Origin: Vicugna vicugna
Lineage: Eukaryota
Direction: 5' to 3'
Length of the DNA: 64,000 nucleotides
NCBI GenBank assembly: GCA_013265495.1
Contig: MU057744.1
Location: forward strand, 2,183,370-2,247,369
The position numbers and the translations under genes are program-made. Positions 24,205-37,691 of the stretch are shown here, one piece after another. Each line of letters starts with the position of its first letter. Within the stretch, counting starts at the first letter, position 1. Under the pieces are notes generated by a model. That model did not search any database. It was not told the DNA's origin and saw nothing but the letters and a program-made list of their open reading frames with translations.

Positions 24205-24764
24205 TGTGAGGGAATTATTCTCACTTTGAAGTTTATCAAGTTAACAAAGGGAGCAGCTGGAAATCCTAGACCCACATGGTTGAAACGACTACATACACCA
24301 GGTCTATCAGTTTATCGACCTTTCCATCTCTTTTCAAACCACAAGCAAAACGAACAGGGTTTCATCCAGGAAGCGGGGCCAAGGGTCGAGGCGTTACGGA
24401 GCACAGAGGGCTTTTCAGTGGAGGAAATCCCATGAGCTGCCAGAGCGAGCGTGCCAGGCGCAGGGAAGCGTGGAGCCCCCGACGGGCCGTCGGTGGAGAC
24501 CTGGGGCTCATCCTTAGTGATTCCGATGCCAGGCTGAGGCAGGTTAATGCAGACCCTTCCTTCCTTTGACGTTAGCAGGAGATGGTAGTTGGCGTGAAGA
24601 TTTTGGCCATTTCGGCGAGTTACCCAGTTCCTCTGGGTTTCTCCCACGCACGTGTACTTTTTAACTTTGGTTTGATTTTCCTTCTGTTAATCTGTCTTGT
24701 GCCAATTTAATTCCAAGACCAACCAGAAGGCCCTGGAGGGTGGAGGAAAATCTCCTCCCCCGAC
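24205..24764 (+). mobile_element. ERV1-type solo LTR
   Basis: TG start; 3' part 'ttttccttctgttaatctgtcttgtgccaatttaatt...gggtggaggaaaatctcctcccccgaca' is a typical ERV1 U5 ending in CA. Confidence 0.7.
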
Positions 24765-25404
24765 ACACTGAACTGTGCACTTTCAGTTACAAGGATAAAT
24801 GTCATGAGATGTACATTCCATGCACTTTGCTTTAATAAATACTTGTTAATGAAAACTGCTTGGCATGGAGAGAAACAGACTGCCATCGCATTTTCCCTCC
24901 AGACCCACGTTCACATATGATGGCTAACAAAGAGTCGTGAGGCGTTTAAAGGGGGATGGGCATTGATTTGAGAGGAACGGGGTAAAGAAGAAGAAACTGG
25001 TGGATTTCTGGTTGGCCTTTGAAGGATAAGATCTAAGATGCTAAAGACAGACGTGGATATACAAACAGAAGGAAGACCAGACGGAGACACACTGGGTCAG
25101 GAAAGAGTCCGTTTTTGGAGAAGCATGGGGCGCTTGGAAAGGGACTGGTGAGAGACGAGGCTGCAAGCGGAGAGGCATTTTGAGAAGCTGAGATTATGGG
25201 CTTCCACTGCTGATAGTCTGGAGTTCTCCTGACCTTGACCCATTTTTCACTCGCTGTCTTTCACTCATCCTGCAGGAGATCAGGCATGCTGTTGGTAGTA
25301 TTAAGAACAACGTTGAAATATAGATTTCTGCCTTCAGTGCGTGAGCACCCAGATAATATATATTAGCTTCGATCATATTTTATAACCTGCCTCTTGAGCT
25401 AGGA

Positions 25405-26230
25405 TACATATTTTGTGTCTAGAAAACCCTAAAGACTCCACCAAAAAAAAAAAAAAACTGTTAGAACTAATCAGGTCAGTAAAGTTGCAGAATACAAAAT
25501 CAACAACCAAAATCAATTGTGTTTTATACACTAACGATGACGTATCTGAAAAAGAAATCAAGAAAACAGCCCCATTCGCTATAGCATCAAAAACAATAAA
25601 ATAGTCAGGAGTGCATTTTATGAAGGAGGTCAGAAGGCCTGTGCCCTGAAAACCACCAGACACGGATGAGGGCAACTGGAGAAGACACAAGTCAATGGAA
25701 ATTACCTCATATTTACGGGTTAGAAGAACTAAGGTTGTTAAAATGTCTGTACTACTGCCCAAAGCCATTTACTCAATGTACTCCTTATCAAAATACCAGT
25801 GACATTTTTTTGCAGAAATAAAAAAAGATCCTCAAATTCATATGGAACCAAAAAAAAAAAAAAAAAGACTGCAAAACCACCAAAGCGATCTTGAGAAAGA
25901 ACAAGCCAGAGGCACCACACTTCCTGGCTTCACACTGTGCTCTGAGCTGTCGTAACCAAAACTGTGCTGCTGGCGTGAAAACGGACGCACAGGCAGAAAT
26001 CCACACGTACGTGGTCAACTGATATTTGATGAGGGGCCAAGAATACTTAGCTGGGAGAAGACTGTCTCTTCAGTAAATGGTGCTGAGAAAATATCACAGC
26101 CACACAGGCAAGAGTGAAACTGGACCCCTACCGTCCCCGAGTCACAAAAATTCACTTGAAATGGGTGAAGGGTTTAAATGTAAAACCTGAAACCGTAACA
26201 ATTTTAGAAGAAAACACAGGGTAAAATCTA
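25405..26230 (+). mobile_element. Old L1 ORF2 fragment
   Basis: LENPKDSTKK...LLELI...EKEIKKTAPFAIASKTIK; 'ctcttcagtaaatggtgctgagaaaa'. Confidence 0.9.
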
Positions 26231-26289
26231 GCTAGCTACAGTCAGAAAACGAGAGATGTAAGGACATGGTATTAGCAAGCAAATGAAAG

Positions 26290-26470
26290 TATGTTTAACG
26301 GATTTATGGAGGTAAAATTGATACGTGTATATAATCGATTTTATAGATATATATATATATGTAAATGGCACACATTTAATGCACACAGTCTGCTGCGTTT
26401 GGACACAGGCACACATGCGTGAAACCGGCACCACTATCAAAGTAATAAACATATTCACTCGGAACAACCA
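26290..26470 (-). mobile_element. Old L1M 3' end
   Basis: 'ttatggaggtaaaattgatac...gcacacatttaatgcacacag...caccactatcaaagtaataaacatattc'. Confidence 0.7.
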
Positions 26471-27239
26471 AACCTGCAATCCAGTTTTGCGACTTGCAGG
26501 AGTAGTTTCCTTTTGGGAAGAGACCCTAACTGCCCTTGAAGCTCAGCTTGGAATCTTCGTCTCTGCAGGTGGAACTGCGAGCCAGCAAAGCAGGTACTGA
26601 GTGGACGGCTGATGTCAACTGGCTTTTTTTTTTCTCTCTCTCCAAATATGTAAGCATTTTGCAAATAACCCATCTGATTCTGGGTTTAAGATTTCTCTGT
26701 CGGAGGGAGGACAGATGGTGACCGGCCCTCCGCAAAACCACGGGGCAGAACGTGACATTTAAGTCTGTCCGCCGTTACTTTACGCACTGAAGGCTCAGTC
26801 TCTGCGTTCCCGCCTCTCACGCCTTTGGTGTCCGCTCCCTGGGAGGAAGGAGATCGGACGTGCGTCTGGCAGTGCTGCCCTTCTGCGGTGGAGAGTGTAA
26901 GACTGTGTCCTATGTGCTGCGTTTTATGGAGGCGAGACCTTCACTTGTCTGCCTTGTTTCTGTCTCTCAGCAGTCCCCGGGGGGCCAGGTCGCACGTCAG
27001 GGGGAAGCAGCAGAAGGGCTTCTTGCGTTTTCTGCCACTTCTAGGCGGTTGGCTTGGAGCAGTTCGGGGACGCTCTCTGCCTGATCTCTCAGGTGTGAAG
27101 GGGGTGACGGGGCGGCAGGGTGTGGTGGTGGACCAGACCGTGTCTGAGTCCCCCGGCTACGATGCCTGCTTCCCCACCTGGCAAAGGGGCAGAACCCAGC
27201 CCTTCCGACTGCAGCTAGTCCCTCAGCCCTCTGTCTACA

Positions 27240-27605
27240 GCAGCGGAGTCAAGGTCCCTCCACGATGCCCACACCCTAGTCCCTGAAACCTGGGAACACG
27301 TTACTTTACGTGACAAAGCAGATTTTTCAGATGTGATTAAGTGAAGGATCTTAAAATGGGAGCGAACATCCTGGATTATCTGGGTGGGCGGGTCCAGTAT
27401 GATCACAGGAGTCCTTACGCAGAGAGGCAGGAGGGACAGGGCCACAGGGAGAAGACATTAGGATGGAAGCAGAAGCCAGGACGGAGAGGACGCCCAGCTG
27501 CGGGCTGTCAGGGCAGAGGGGGCGCTCACAGGGGAGGCCGGTGTCCTCTAGAGGCTGCAAAAGCCAGAGAAACAGATTAGAGCCTCCAGGAGGAACACCT
27601 GATGG
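27240..27605 (+). mobile_element. MLT1D-like MaLR LTR
   Basis: 'gttactttacgtgacaaagcagatttttcagatgtgattaag...atcctggattatctgggtgggc...ctagaggctgcaaaagccagagaaacagatt'. Confidence 0.85.
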
Positions 27606-28537
27606 AAGACCGTCCCAGAGCCGGGGAGACTAAATGACAGCGCAGCTGTGTTTCTGTGGGAACCACGTACATCGGCGGTGATTAAGGTCACGATGTCAAT
27701 TTTGACTTTGGCGAACTCTGTTCACCAAAAATCCTGGCGAGTGTCGCGTCATGGAAGTGTGCTCGACTGAAGATGTGCAGGTGACGTTCTGGCCAACTGC
27801 CGAGAAACAAAGCCATTCGGAGCAAGTCATTCCCCATTGGAACTGACATGGCAAAGTCAGCTGCTTCGAAGCAGCGAGAAGATGCCTGTGTAGGAGATTC
27901 TGTGTGCTTTGACTCAAGAGAGAGCCCACGCGGGTTAAATATAGCCTCCTTGTCTGAAAAAGCAAGCTTCATAGGCAGTCCTTCTCCCTGAAATGTCAGG
28001 GGCTCTCGCCAGGAGAATGAGATAGGGATGCAGAGAGCGTGTCAGCGTTTTCCGTGCTTTTTAATGATTCTTTCAAGGTTCAAGTTGCATTTGTTTCTGT
28101 GGAAATGCTGATGGAAGCACAAGTTCGCTTGTGTGGTCCCTCTTCCCTCAGCCCCCTTTCTGGGCTCAGAGCGGTGACATAATGAAGAAAGTAAGTGCTG
28201 AGTATCTCACCAGAAAGCCTCGGCGGGAGGTGGTGGGTGTTCCAGCTTCTGGAAATGGAAACCAGCTGGTCCCGGCGTGTTGCACAGAGGCTTCTCTCTG
28301 CCGCTTTCCAGGAGTTCATCACCGGGCAAACCTCCCGACCTCGCTGAGCAATGAGGACATTAAAATCAAGCCTAACCTCACAGTTCACCACGAGGACTGC
28401 CGGCAGTGACCGCGGAACCGATGGAGGCTTCCCCGGGGCGGGGTTGCTATAATTCAGGAAACTGGAGAGTTGCCATGACTCCCCGGGAAATCTTCTCCCA
28501 AGAAAGCGCTTCTGAGCACCTCTCCCCCCGGGGGCTG

Positions 28538-28661
28538 TTTTGCTTTGTTTTGTTTTGAGGGCAGATTAGGTTTCTTGGTTTACTTCAGTGGCGGGGCTGG
28601 GGGTCGAACCCAGGAACTGCGGGTGCTGAGCGCGCGCCCCACCCCGGGGCTGTCCCTCCCC
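28538..28661 (-). mobile_element. tRNA-derived SINE, strongly GC-shifted copy
   Basis: 'ggggctgggggtcgaacccagg...tgctgagcgcgcgccccacc...ccctcccc' aligns with the other SINE copies. Confidence 0.85.
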
Positions 28662-30713
28662 CGGGGCACTTCCTCACAAGCCAGGTGTCGGCACCGCGGA
28701 GCTCAGAGGAGCTTCCTCCATCATCTCCGTCAGCCGAGGCGCTACGAGGCATCTTGGGAAGCTGGATGGAGAGAAAGTTAAACAGCAGTAAAGAGCTGAG
28801 TGGTGCCGGCAGGCTTCAAGTGGGGGAAGCAACCAGGGGCAGGAGATGCCTGGTTTCAGGAGAGCAGGTCTTCAGTGGGTGCTTCAGCCTTGCTGCTCCA
28901 GGTTCTCTCCTCTTGGACGGTTCCCTTGTAGCCCAAGCTGCCACTCACGGCAACCAAGGCCCTGGTCCCATGCCCTGCCTTCCTCGTCTGTCCTTAGGGC
29001 CACCTGCATCATCCCAACCTCTGTCCTACACCAGCCTCTTTTTCCTCAGAGTGTATGCAGATGAAGTCTGAATTCTTTACTTACTTCTAAGACAAACTTG
29101 TGCTTGGGTGTTTATTTGCTGTAAAGCTTTGCCAGTAAGGATGTCTTACAAGCAATGCTAGAGACAGTAAATTTGTGAACCCAGATCTCAGATGGTTTTT
29201 GGCCACTGCCCAGCAATTCTATGCAACTCCTCAAGTATGTTCTCTTCCTCGTTCACCAAAATGACGTGTTTATGCCTACCCTCCTCTGTAAACATCCAAC
29301 ACCAACTCTCCTTTCCCGCTTTCTTAAGTTCCAAACTTGCTTCCTTTCTCAATAACACAAGTTTAGAAGCTCTCCCCACCTGCCTTCTGCAAAGCCTACC
29401 AGTTCACAGGTGTCCCTCGGTGCGCACTGTGTCCTCTCATCCTTCGAGTATTCACTAAGGTCGGCTGACAACCGAGACAAAGAGCCCCAGCCTTGCCGTG
29501 GTTTCCCACGTGAGAGGTGCCGGGTCACCCAGACGATGTCCAGCGAGGCTCTTCCAGTCATGTGACTTTCCTGGGCATCTTTCCTTCAAGCAAAGCTTGA
29601 GACTCAGATCACTTTCCCATTGGAGGCAGAGGTAAAAAAAAAAAAGATGGCGAGAAGGCTCAACTGCTTTAGTTCAGATGTGACCTTTTATTTATTTCTA
29701 GGATCCCCTTTGAGGAAACCTATCACAGGGTCCTCCCTCCATGCAAGACAAATGGAAAATACAGTTGTGTGACCAGAAAGAAGCCACCTGCTGCGTGTTT
29801 GACCACATTACGGACGGCGTATCCCCGTTGCCTTCGCTTGCGCGCGTGTTCTGTTCTAGCTCAGCGTACCAGGAGCTCTACCTGTGAAGTGGCTGTTTCT
29901 CCCTCCTGAGCAGCTTCTCTTCTCCATTAGGTCATTACCTTTAGTACCCAGACACGCACTCATCCCCCAGGATCGCCTGTCGTAAAGAACAAGGAATTGT
30001 CAAAGCCCGCTGCCGTTGCCCCCGCTTTCTGACTACACCCAAGGTTCTGATAGCGCGCGGGCGTCCCGAGGGCCCCCCGTCGGAGTGCCTTCCGTTTGTT
30101 GGCAGGACGCTACCTGGCGCACGCTTCCAGTGAAGGGAGACCCTGGGTTTGGAGACTCAAGCCAGACGCTCAGGTCTTACAACTGTCACCATGGTGATCG
30201 AGAAATAAAGAACAGCGGATGGATGCATTTCAGAAATAAAAATCCTGAGTCTGAGATTCAGCACGAACGCAGCAGCGTGACAGAGGAAGAAAGCCTGTTT
30301 CCGTGCACGCCGTGAAAAGCCCACCCTGAAACTGCTGCCTCTCCTGCATCTGCAGACCCTCCCTCCTCCCCTAGATCACGGCTGGCAGTCACTCCTACCT
30401 TGAAACAACAAAAGCAACAAGAGAATTTTTCTTTGACCCCGACTTTCCTTTTCAACCGTCCTCTGATACCACTAAACTTGCTGAAAAGGTTTACACCCCG
30501 TCTTTGCAGTCTCATTGTCACTCTCTCCTCCATCCCATCCAGCAGAACTTCGTCTCCCCTCCACAGGCGTTGCCAGAGACCTGCCACGTTGGCACAGGCA
30601 TCGATTACTTCTCTGCTTTTGTTTTATACGAACAATTATCCTCTAAGTCCTGGAGTGCCTGAGAGGTCCTCTCAATACACCCCCTTGGTGACCGCATCCA
30701 AACAGAAGGCTTT

Positions 30714-30853
30714 GGTGGGGGGTGTGGCTCAGTGGCAGAGCACATGCTTAGCACGCATGAGGCCCTGGGTTCAGTCCTCAGTCCCTCCATTAAATACATA
30801 AATGAACAAACAGTAAGCAAATCTAGTTACCTCTCCCCCCAAAAGCTTAAGAA
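30714..30853 (+). mobile_element. tRNA-derived SINE (Vic-1-like)
   Basis: 'ggtgtggctcagtggcagagcacatgcttagcacgcatgaggccctgggttcagtcc'; approximate TSD agaaggcttt/aagatgcttc. Confidence 0.92.
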
Positions 30854-30879
30854 AAGATGCTTCAGGGAACATCCTGTCA

Positions 30880-31880
30880 ATGTCTCTCTGCACATACATA
30901 CAAGAGCCCCTCTAGTCTAGAATGTGAACTCAGAAATGGAATGACTTCTTCAGGGCAACACCAACTTACAGGATTTGTCAGGCTGTCTGCCACGGTAAAC
31001 ACGCAGACTGATGACCCTGCAGCAATGTAAGAGCTAATTTCCAGGCTTCATCAATGCTTGCCATTCTGACTTTAATATTTTTTTCTACCATGACAGGTGT
31101 GAATGTATTTTTAGTGAGATTGAACACCTTTCTGTTTGGGCATTAGCCACATGGTCGTGGTCTCTCTTTTCCATAAATCCCCCTTGCGCAGCCTCTGCTC
31201 ATTTCTCTTTTTTTGGTCCTGATTCATTCACAGGAGTTATGTTTCATGTTTTGAATACCTGACCTTTGTCGCCTACAGGCACAGCAAACACGTTCTCCTC
31301 GTCTGAAGGCTGTTTATCCACTTTACTTACGGTGCCTTTTTGTGCACCGGCTTGACACGGTCACACCCATCACTGTAACACTTACACCATCACCGTGCTT
31401 TTGGTGTCTTGCTGAACAATTTCTTTCTTACTTCAAAGTCATCAAAACATCCTCATGTCTTCTTCTAGGCATTTAAAGTGAAGGTTGCATTTTATTTTTT
31501 GGTTTGCTTGTGGCTTGTTTTATTTACTTCTATGTACACTTTAAAAGATAGTTAGATCTGCAACCTACTTAAAGTTGATTTTGCTGTGTGCAGGGCGCAG
31601 TAGGGTACTGGTCTCCCTGGGGGTAAATAATTACCCAAACATCGCCTGTTTTGGGCCTGTTCTTTTTCCGCTGATCTGCTGCTGTTTCTCCGTCACATCT
31701 GTTGTCTCCGTATGAGCATGTGTCTGGATTCTCTGTGTGATTCCAGTGACGGATTTTTCTAAACCTGCAGCAGAACCACACTGTCTTAGTTACTGTAATT
31801 TTGGAGTAAGTCTCGAATTCTGGCCAGGCGTGTCCTACAACCTCATCTTTTCCTGTAAGTCCTCTTTGCTATTTTTGAAC
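30880..31880 (-). mobile_element. Old L1ME-type fragment
   Basis: 'tagtgagattgaacacctttc...cattagcca', 'ttgattttgctgtgtg', 'accacactgtcttagttactgtaatttt'. Confidence 0.7.
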
Positions 31881-32911
31881 ATTCTTAACATACTGGAAAA
31901 GAAAAAGCTTCCTCCCATGCCTGTAAACCAAGACGCTTGAGGATGGGCTCTGGTGATTCTGTGCATAATTATTAAGCCTTCCATGCAGCGCACATGCAGT
32001 GGTGCCAGCCTGGACCAGAAGTGGACTGTCTGCAAAGAGAACAGCGCTTTTCTGAAGGTCTCTCCTACCCTCACCCCTGCGATTGTCCTCTTTTCCCTCT
32101 TTAAAAACGTCTCCTTGTCTCATCCCATTTCCACTTTTACAAAGCAGATTTTTGAACAATTTCAAATGACTAGATGAATTGTTTCTTTAGTGCAGCATCA
32201 GGAAGAATAGAATCAAAACTTATTTATATACAAATGGAATTTTAAAATATTATGAGTCTAAGTGAGTCATGTGAGGAACATGTGAGTAATAATGAAAGTA
32301 CAACATACACGTTTGTGAAACTCAAATAAATTCACACAAGATGGTAAATATCCTGACATCAACACAGTCTTCAAGCCTTGTTTAAAACGTTTTCCACGAC
32401 CAATGAAGCAAACTTGGGGATAATGGATGCCACACAGGTAACTTACCTAAGTTCAAATAGATTAAGGATTCACAGTGCTGTTAATTATTGTTTGTGTTGT
32501 AAGAAGCTGGTGTAGCACCAGGAAAAACCAGTGTCAGAAGAGACCATTACAGATCAGCTTCTGTTTTAGTCCGAAATGCAGCTTCCTGATACCTAAATCA
32601 AATATTTTTAAAAATGACTGTTTTTCATCTTTCACATCCGCTCTTTTTTCTTAATAGAGTCCCACCCAGCGACGTGATCTTAGGAGAGGCGTTCAGTATC
32701 ATTCCCTGCTTCACAGAGGGGTAAATGGAGGCACCAAGATAGTCGCGACTTGGAAAAGGCGACAGACAGAGGTAGACAGAGGTAGAGAGGTAGCAGTCGG
32801 CTTTGGGCTCTTCCCCTGACTCTCGGACTTGTACCTGAGGACTTGTATTTTTGTCTTTTTGCCTCTGATATTGATTATAATTCCTTTACCCATAAAGATG
32901 GATGACTGTAT

Positions 32912-33057
32912 GGGAGGGTGTAGCTCAGTGGTAGAGTGTGTGCTTAGCATGCCTGAGACCTTGGGTTCAAGCCCCGGGACCTCCACTAAAAATAATAAAC
33001 AAATGGACAAACCTACCTACCTCCCTTCCAAAAAATAAAAATAAGTTATAAAAACAC
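32912..33057 (+). mobile_element. tRNA-derived SINE (Vic-1-like)
   Basis: A box TAGCTCAGTGG, B box GGTTCAAGCC, A-tail; TSD core 'atgactgt' on both sides. Confidence 0.93.
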
Positions 33058-33796
33058 AAAGTTAATGACTGTCTATTGTTTGTCTTAATAACAAAATTAT
33101 ACCTTGTAAAAAGTAAGAAAATTAAATATTTTCACAGTCATCTTTCAAGATTTCTACTAGAATAAATGACCTATTTATTCGTTTTCACTTAAGCAAGTCC
33201 AGGGAAGTGAACACATTCACGGCTGACTGATCTCTCCGCCAGCTGACTTTGCTGAGTCTGCGTCACCCCGGACCTGCGGCTTCTCTGCCTCTTCTTGCTG
33301 TTCTCCACTGGCCGACACGCGGCCCTCTTGAACTGCCAACAAGTGACACACTGAGGAAAGAAATGCACTATCTGATTGTCGCTGGCGAGGCGGAGACAAG
33401 TCACTAGAGTAGGGTGCTGATGCAGTTCCCTAGGCGGGCGTTTTTGGGTCACCAGTGGGCGTCCTTTATCATACCATCCCAGCCCCCTGTGGCCGCGGGT
33501 AACAGCTGCCTCCCCGTCATCTCCTCTTTCTCATGAGGTCATTCCAGAGCTCAAGCCCCGTGAGCCAGAGAAACGGGTGTCGCTGTAGCTGCACAGCTCA
33601 GCTGGCAGCGAGCACGGAACACCAGGGAAATCAGGAAGCAACTGACAGTGAGAACTGCTTCTTCCCCCGACACCAGAAACACTGCATGAAGAAAGCCAAT
33701 TAAGTTGAACATCTCATCAACCCATTAACAAGCGTGCAGTCACGCTTCGGGGTTTATGTTTTCCAACATTTGACTTAAAGCACAGAGCTAGGGAAG

Positions 33797-34265
33797 TTTA
33801 TATATATATATATGGTAGATATATGATACATATGTGATATAAACACGATTATGTATGAGATATACAATGATATAGATGAGATATATATATATATATATAT
33901 ATAAATATATATGAACTCAATTTTATAGAGATATATATATATTTTGACCTGTAAGTCCACTAATATGCAGACTCTTTTTCAGTAGTAAACACTACAGTAC
34001 TGCATGATCTGGGGTTGGTTAAATCCTCCAGTTTAGAACCACATACACACACACAAACAGAGGGCTCGCTATAAACTATATGCGGACTTTTCAATTGTGC
34101 AGCAGGGCTGTGCCTCTTCCTCCCAAGTTGTTCAAGGGTAATATACATATATATTTATTTTTATTTTTATTTATTTCTCTCTCTATATATATTTATATAT
34201 ATATATATTTCTCTCTATATATATTTATATATATCTATTTCTCTCTCTATATATATATATTCTCC
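33797..34265. repeat. (TA)-rich simple repeats on both sides of the MITE
   Basis: Directly visible at 33797-33945 and 34140-34265. Confidence 0.9.
33945..34142. mobile_element. Tigger2/MER8-type mariner MITE
   Basis: 'gtccactaatatgcagact...actacagtactgcatgatc...ggttggttaaatcc...gttgttcaaggg'. Confidence 0.75.
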
Positions 34266-36299
34266 TTATTTAACTTGACAGCTTGTATCTAAATAGCCTG
34301 TTACTAATGAGTCTGGGTAATTAAAACAAACCAAGTCGAGCCACAGAAAGACAGTCTTGGTTCTCAGAGAAGAGCTCAGGCACCTGCCCCCTCCCCTCGT
34401 TACTCTGGGCCTCCGTCCATCAAACGTCCTCTGTTTTCCTCTTCTCTCGTACCTTTAACCTCACGACTGGCTCTTCGCCAGACCATTCAAGTCTTCTCTC
34501 CCTTCTCTTCATTTTTTTTTTCACACGTATGCACAAAGACCTCCTTCGTCTTTCCCTGCTTCTCTTTTAATTCTTAACCATCACTTTCTCTTCCTTTCCT
34601 GTTAACCATCCACTTTCTTAGGACAATATATCATCTCTCTCTTCGGGTCCTCTGTTTCCTTAGCAAATCAGCCTAACAGCTGACACGTCCACCTTTCCGC
34701 ATTTCACTGCTTTTAACTGCGCTTTCCTGGTTCCTCTGTTAAGTGACGTTGATCGTGTTTAATCCATTTGTCTTTGACGTGTGTTCGGGAAAGCTCTGGC
34801 CTCCCTCCTGACTGAAGTGAGATTCCTCGTGACAAACTATGACCACGGAGACACTCTTCAAGCTCAAGAGAAAGGAAACGTGTGGCTGGCTGGTGGCGCA
34901 CATGTTTCGGGGACACCAGGGCCACACTGGAGGGGCCAGTTCTCTCCTCCGTGGAAGCCGGTTTTATAAAAGACAAAGTCAGTTCTCCTTTAAGTCATCT
35001 TGGGAAAATGTACCATTTGAGCAGATATATTGACTCTCAGCGCAGAGGTGTTTTCAACAGACCATTCTGTTCCAAGGAAGGCCGTCTCACTACCGCTTAG
35101 GCAAGGCAGCACCACTAATCAGTATCTGAGGGTCAGGCCCGCCTGTGCAACGGACAGCGGTCTGGAGCGCAGCGTGAGGGTTTCCACGTGAGGCCAAGGT
35201 CAGCGCAAGGGTCTCCCGTGCCGAGCCTGAGCCGGGGCAGAGCCTGGGCGGGATAAAGACGGCAGGTCGAGCGGAGGCAACGGCAGGTCGGTGGGGATCT
35301 CCTGACTCCCTCCCTGACTCCCAGTCTCAGCCTTCATTCTCTTTAACCGCCTTCCCTTTACTCCTCCTCATTAAGGAAGGCCTCCTGTTCCTTGCTTAAT
35401 TCTGTTAGTGAAGATTTTAAGGGAACCCTTAAGGAAACTGTTTGTTGCCCCCCAAATTCATGGTATCAGGGTAGTGAGATTCCCACAGATAGATGTGGTT
35501 TTCTCAGTCTGTTTCCCTAAAGGTGACTCAGATAATTAAAATCATTGGAAAACAATCGTCAGTGAGATAACACAGGTCGTGTTACCTTAGGCAACAGTGC
35601 TGTCATTTTGTTACGGCTTTGCAGAGGCCGTTCGACACATTTCAACAGCTTTTTCCTGGCAGGATGACACTAGCTTCCATTTTTGTGTGGGAACTTCCTC
35701 TTAGGATCCCCCTTGTGTGCAGGTTCCACTTAGAGACGGCTTCGAGGGAACCGCTTCCTGTGTGCAGGGCCTGCTGCTCTGCTCGTCCCACTGGACACTT
35801 CCAGGTTCGCACGCTGCAACAGGTTCCAACTCCATGGCTCCCGGGTGTGTGACTCTAGGCTTCCCACCTCAGCAGACGTCCATACTTGCGTCTCAGTCTA
35901 CACACTGACCCTCTACACTTGCATATAATTTTTCCTAATAAAATCCACATGCATGAAATTAGTCCCCACGGTCCCTTTAACAGTGGGTTCTAAAATGAAT
36001 TACATTCCATGATGAAAGCACTGACACACAGGTATTTATTTAAAAGACTTCCTCCGATCATAAATGGTACCATTTGCTGCATCCGGACGGCTGGACAATC
36101 TGAGAGAGACGTTCATGCTGAGGTTGGCTGCACACCCCCCGCCCCCCACGGGGGCTCTGTCCCCTGAAGCTGTAACTGGTCCCTGTCCTGCTGAGAGCGC
36201 CTGTGGGAAGTGTTACCCAGTCACCTTCCGAAATCAAATGCTCTGGACGTGGGACAGAGCGGCTGCCGGGAAAGCCAGCACTTTCTTCCCCCTCCAAGG

Positions 36300-37200
36300 T
36301 TACTTCTCTATTAAAAAAAAGTCTCCTGCGCGTGTGCACCGGACTGGAGGTTAGCAGCACGTCCCTCCTCCAGCCTGCTCTCCGGGCGCCTGCCTTCGAC
36401 GCGCCGAATCGGGCTCGCCCCGCAGTGTCCCTGCCTGTTCCGAGGGCGTCCCCGCTTTCCCAGTTACTCCCACTCAGAACCCTGGAGCTCTCTGGGACAG
36501 CGCCCTCGCCTTCTCTCGCTCTGACAGAGATTAAATCCCTCTCTCTGCTCCCCGCTGACACTTCCCAATCCAGGCCCACGCGGCTCCTTTCCATTCCACT
36601 CCGCAAACCGTCCGACTGGATTTCCAGAACATCGTCGCCTTGTCAAAGCCCTGTCTGATGGCGACGCCACGTAAGTGTCTCTCGAGCAACGCGTCCCTTT
36701 CCTGCTGAAACCCTGCATCCTGCCTTCAGAGTGTCTTCAAATCAAGGTTCTTCTCGCAAATGTCTCCGTCCTGTTTTTCCACTTCTGTCCTGATCTTCTC
36801 CAACGTGACGCTTCCACACCGACCGGGCCCGCATCTTTATTCTCCTCAGATGCGGTGTGTTTTCTTCTTCATTAAATTTTTTTCATTCCTCGATGTCCTG
36901 GTTCTGTCCCATCTCAGATCTGAAGCTTAGACCACCAACCTGGTTGCCAACGGTCTCTCCCATCTCTTGACTCTTCTAATAACCCCAGCCCTGCTCTCAG
37001 CAGGCACGGAATCCGGTCCCGGGACTGTGTCAGTGTTCCACCGTGAGAGGCTGCCGGAGCCCAGGCCAGGTACCCTGGAGTCCATGGGCCCCCGCAGTCC
37101 TCAGGCCTCTGCACCTTCCTGCCTGGTGACCTGTCTCTCCAGCCCCATCCTGGCTTCTCTGACACAGGCTGCTCCTTCCTTTACTAAATCTGACTGTGTG
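36300..37200 (+). mobile_element. Degraded L2 body
   Basis: Pyrimidine-rich L2-like tracts, e.g. 'ccatctcttgactcttct' and 'ggtgacctgtctctccagccccatc'. Confidence 0.45.
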
Positions 37201-37216
37201 TAAAAATGAAACTCCT

Positions 37217-37691
37217 GGATAAAGAAGCTGTGGTATATTATACAGTGGAAGACTACTCAGCCATACAAAAGAATAGAATCATGCCATTTGCAGCAACGTG
37301 GATGGACCTGGAGATGCCATGCTAAGTGAAGTCAGTCAGACAGAGAAGGACAAATACCCTATGACACAAACGAACTTATTTACAAACAGAAACAGACTCA
37401 CAGACACAGAAAACAAACTTACAGTTACCAGGGAGGAAGGGGAGCAGCAAGGGATAAACTGGGAGTTCAAGATCTGCAGATACTGACTGCTAAATATGAA
37501 AAAGATAAGTAAGTGTCTACTGCAGAACACAGGGAGCTGTATTCAGTACCTTGTAGTGACCTGCAATGAAAAAGAGCATGAAGAGGAATATACGCATGTC
37601 CACGTCTGACTGAAACATCGTGCTGCACACCCGACATTGACACAACCCTGTAAACTGGCTAGATTTCAATGAAAAATTAAATAAATACTAA
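37217..37691 (+). mobile_element. Young L1 3' end with a perfect TSD
   Basis: L1 ORF2 tail and 3'UTR; TSD aaaaatgaaactcct at 37202-37216 and 37692-37706. Confidence 0.95.

Noticed and set aside
36058..36658. Overlapping 151-182 aa ORFs
   Set aside because: No recognisable domain; GC-rich, probably degraded L2 sequence
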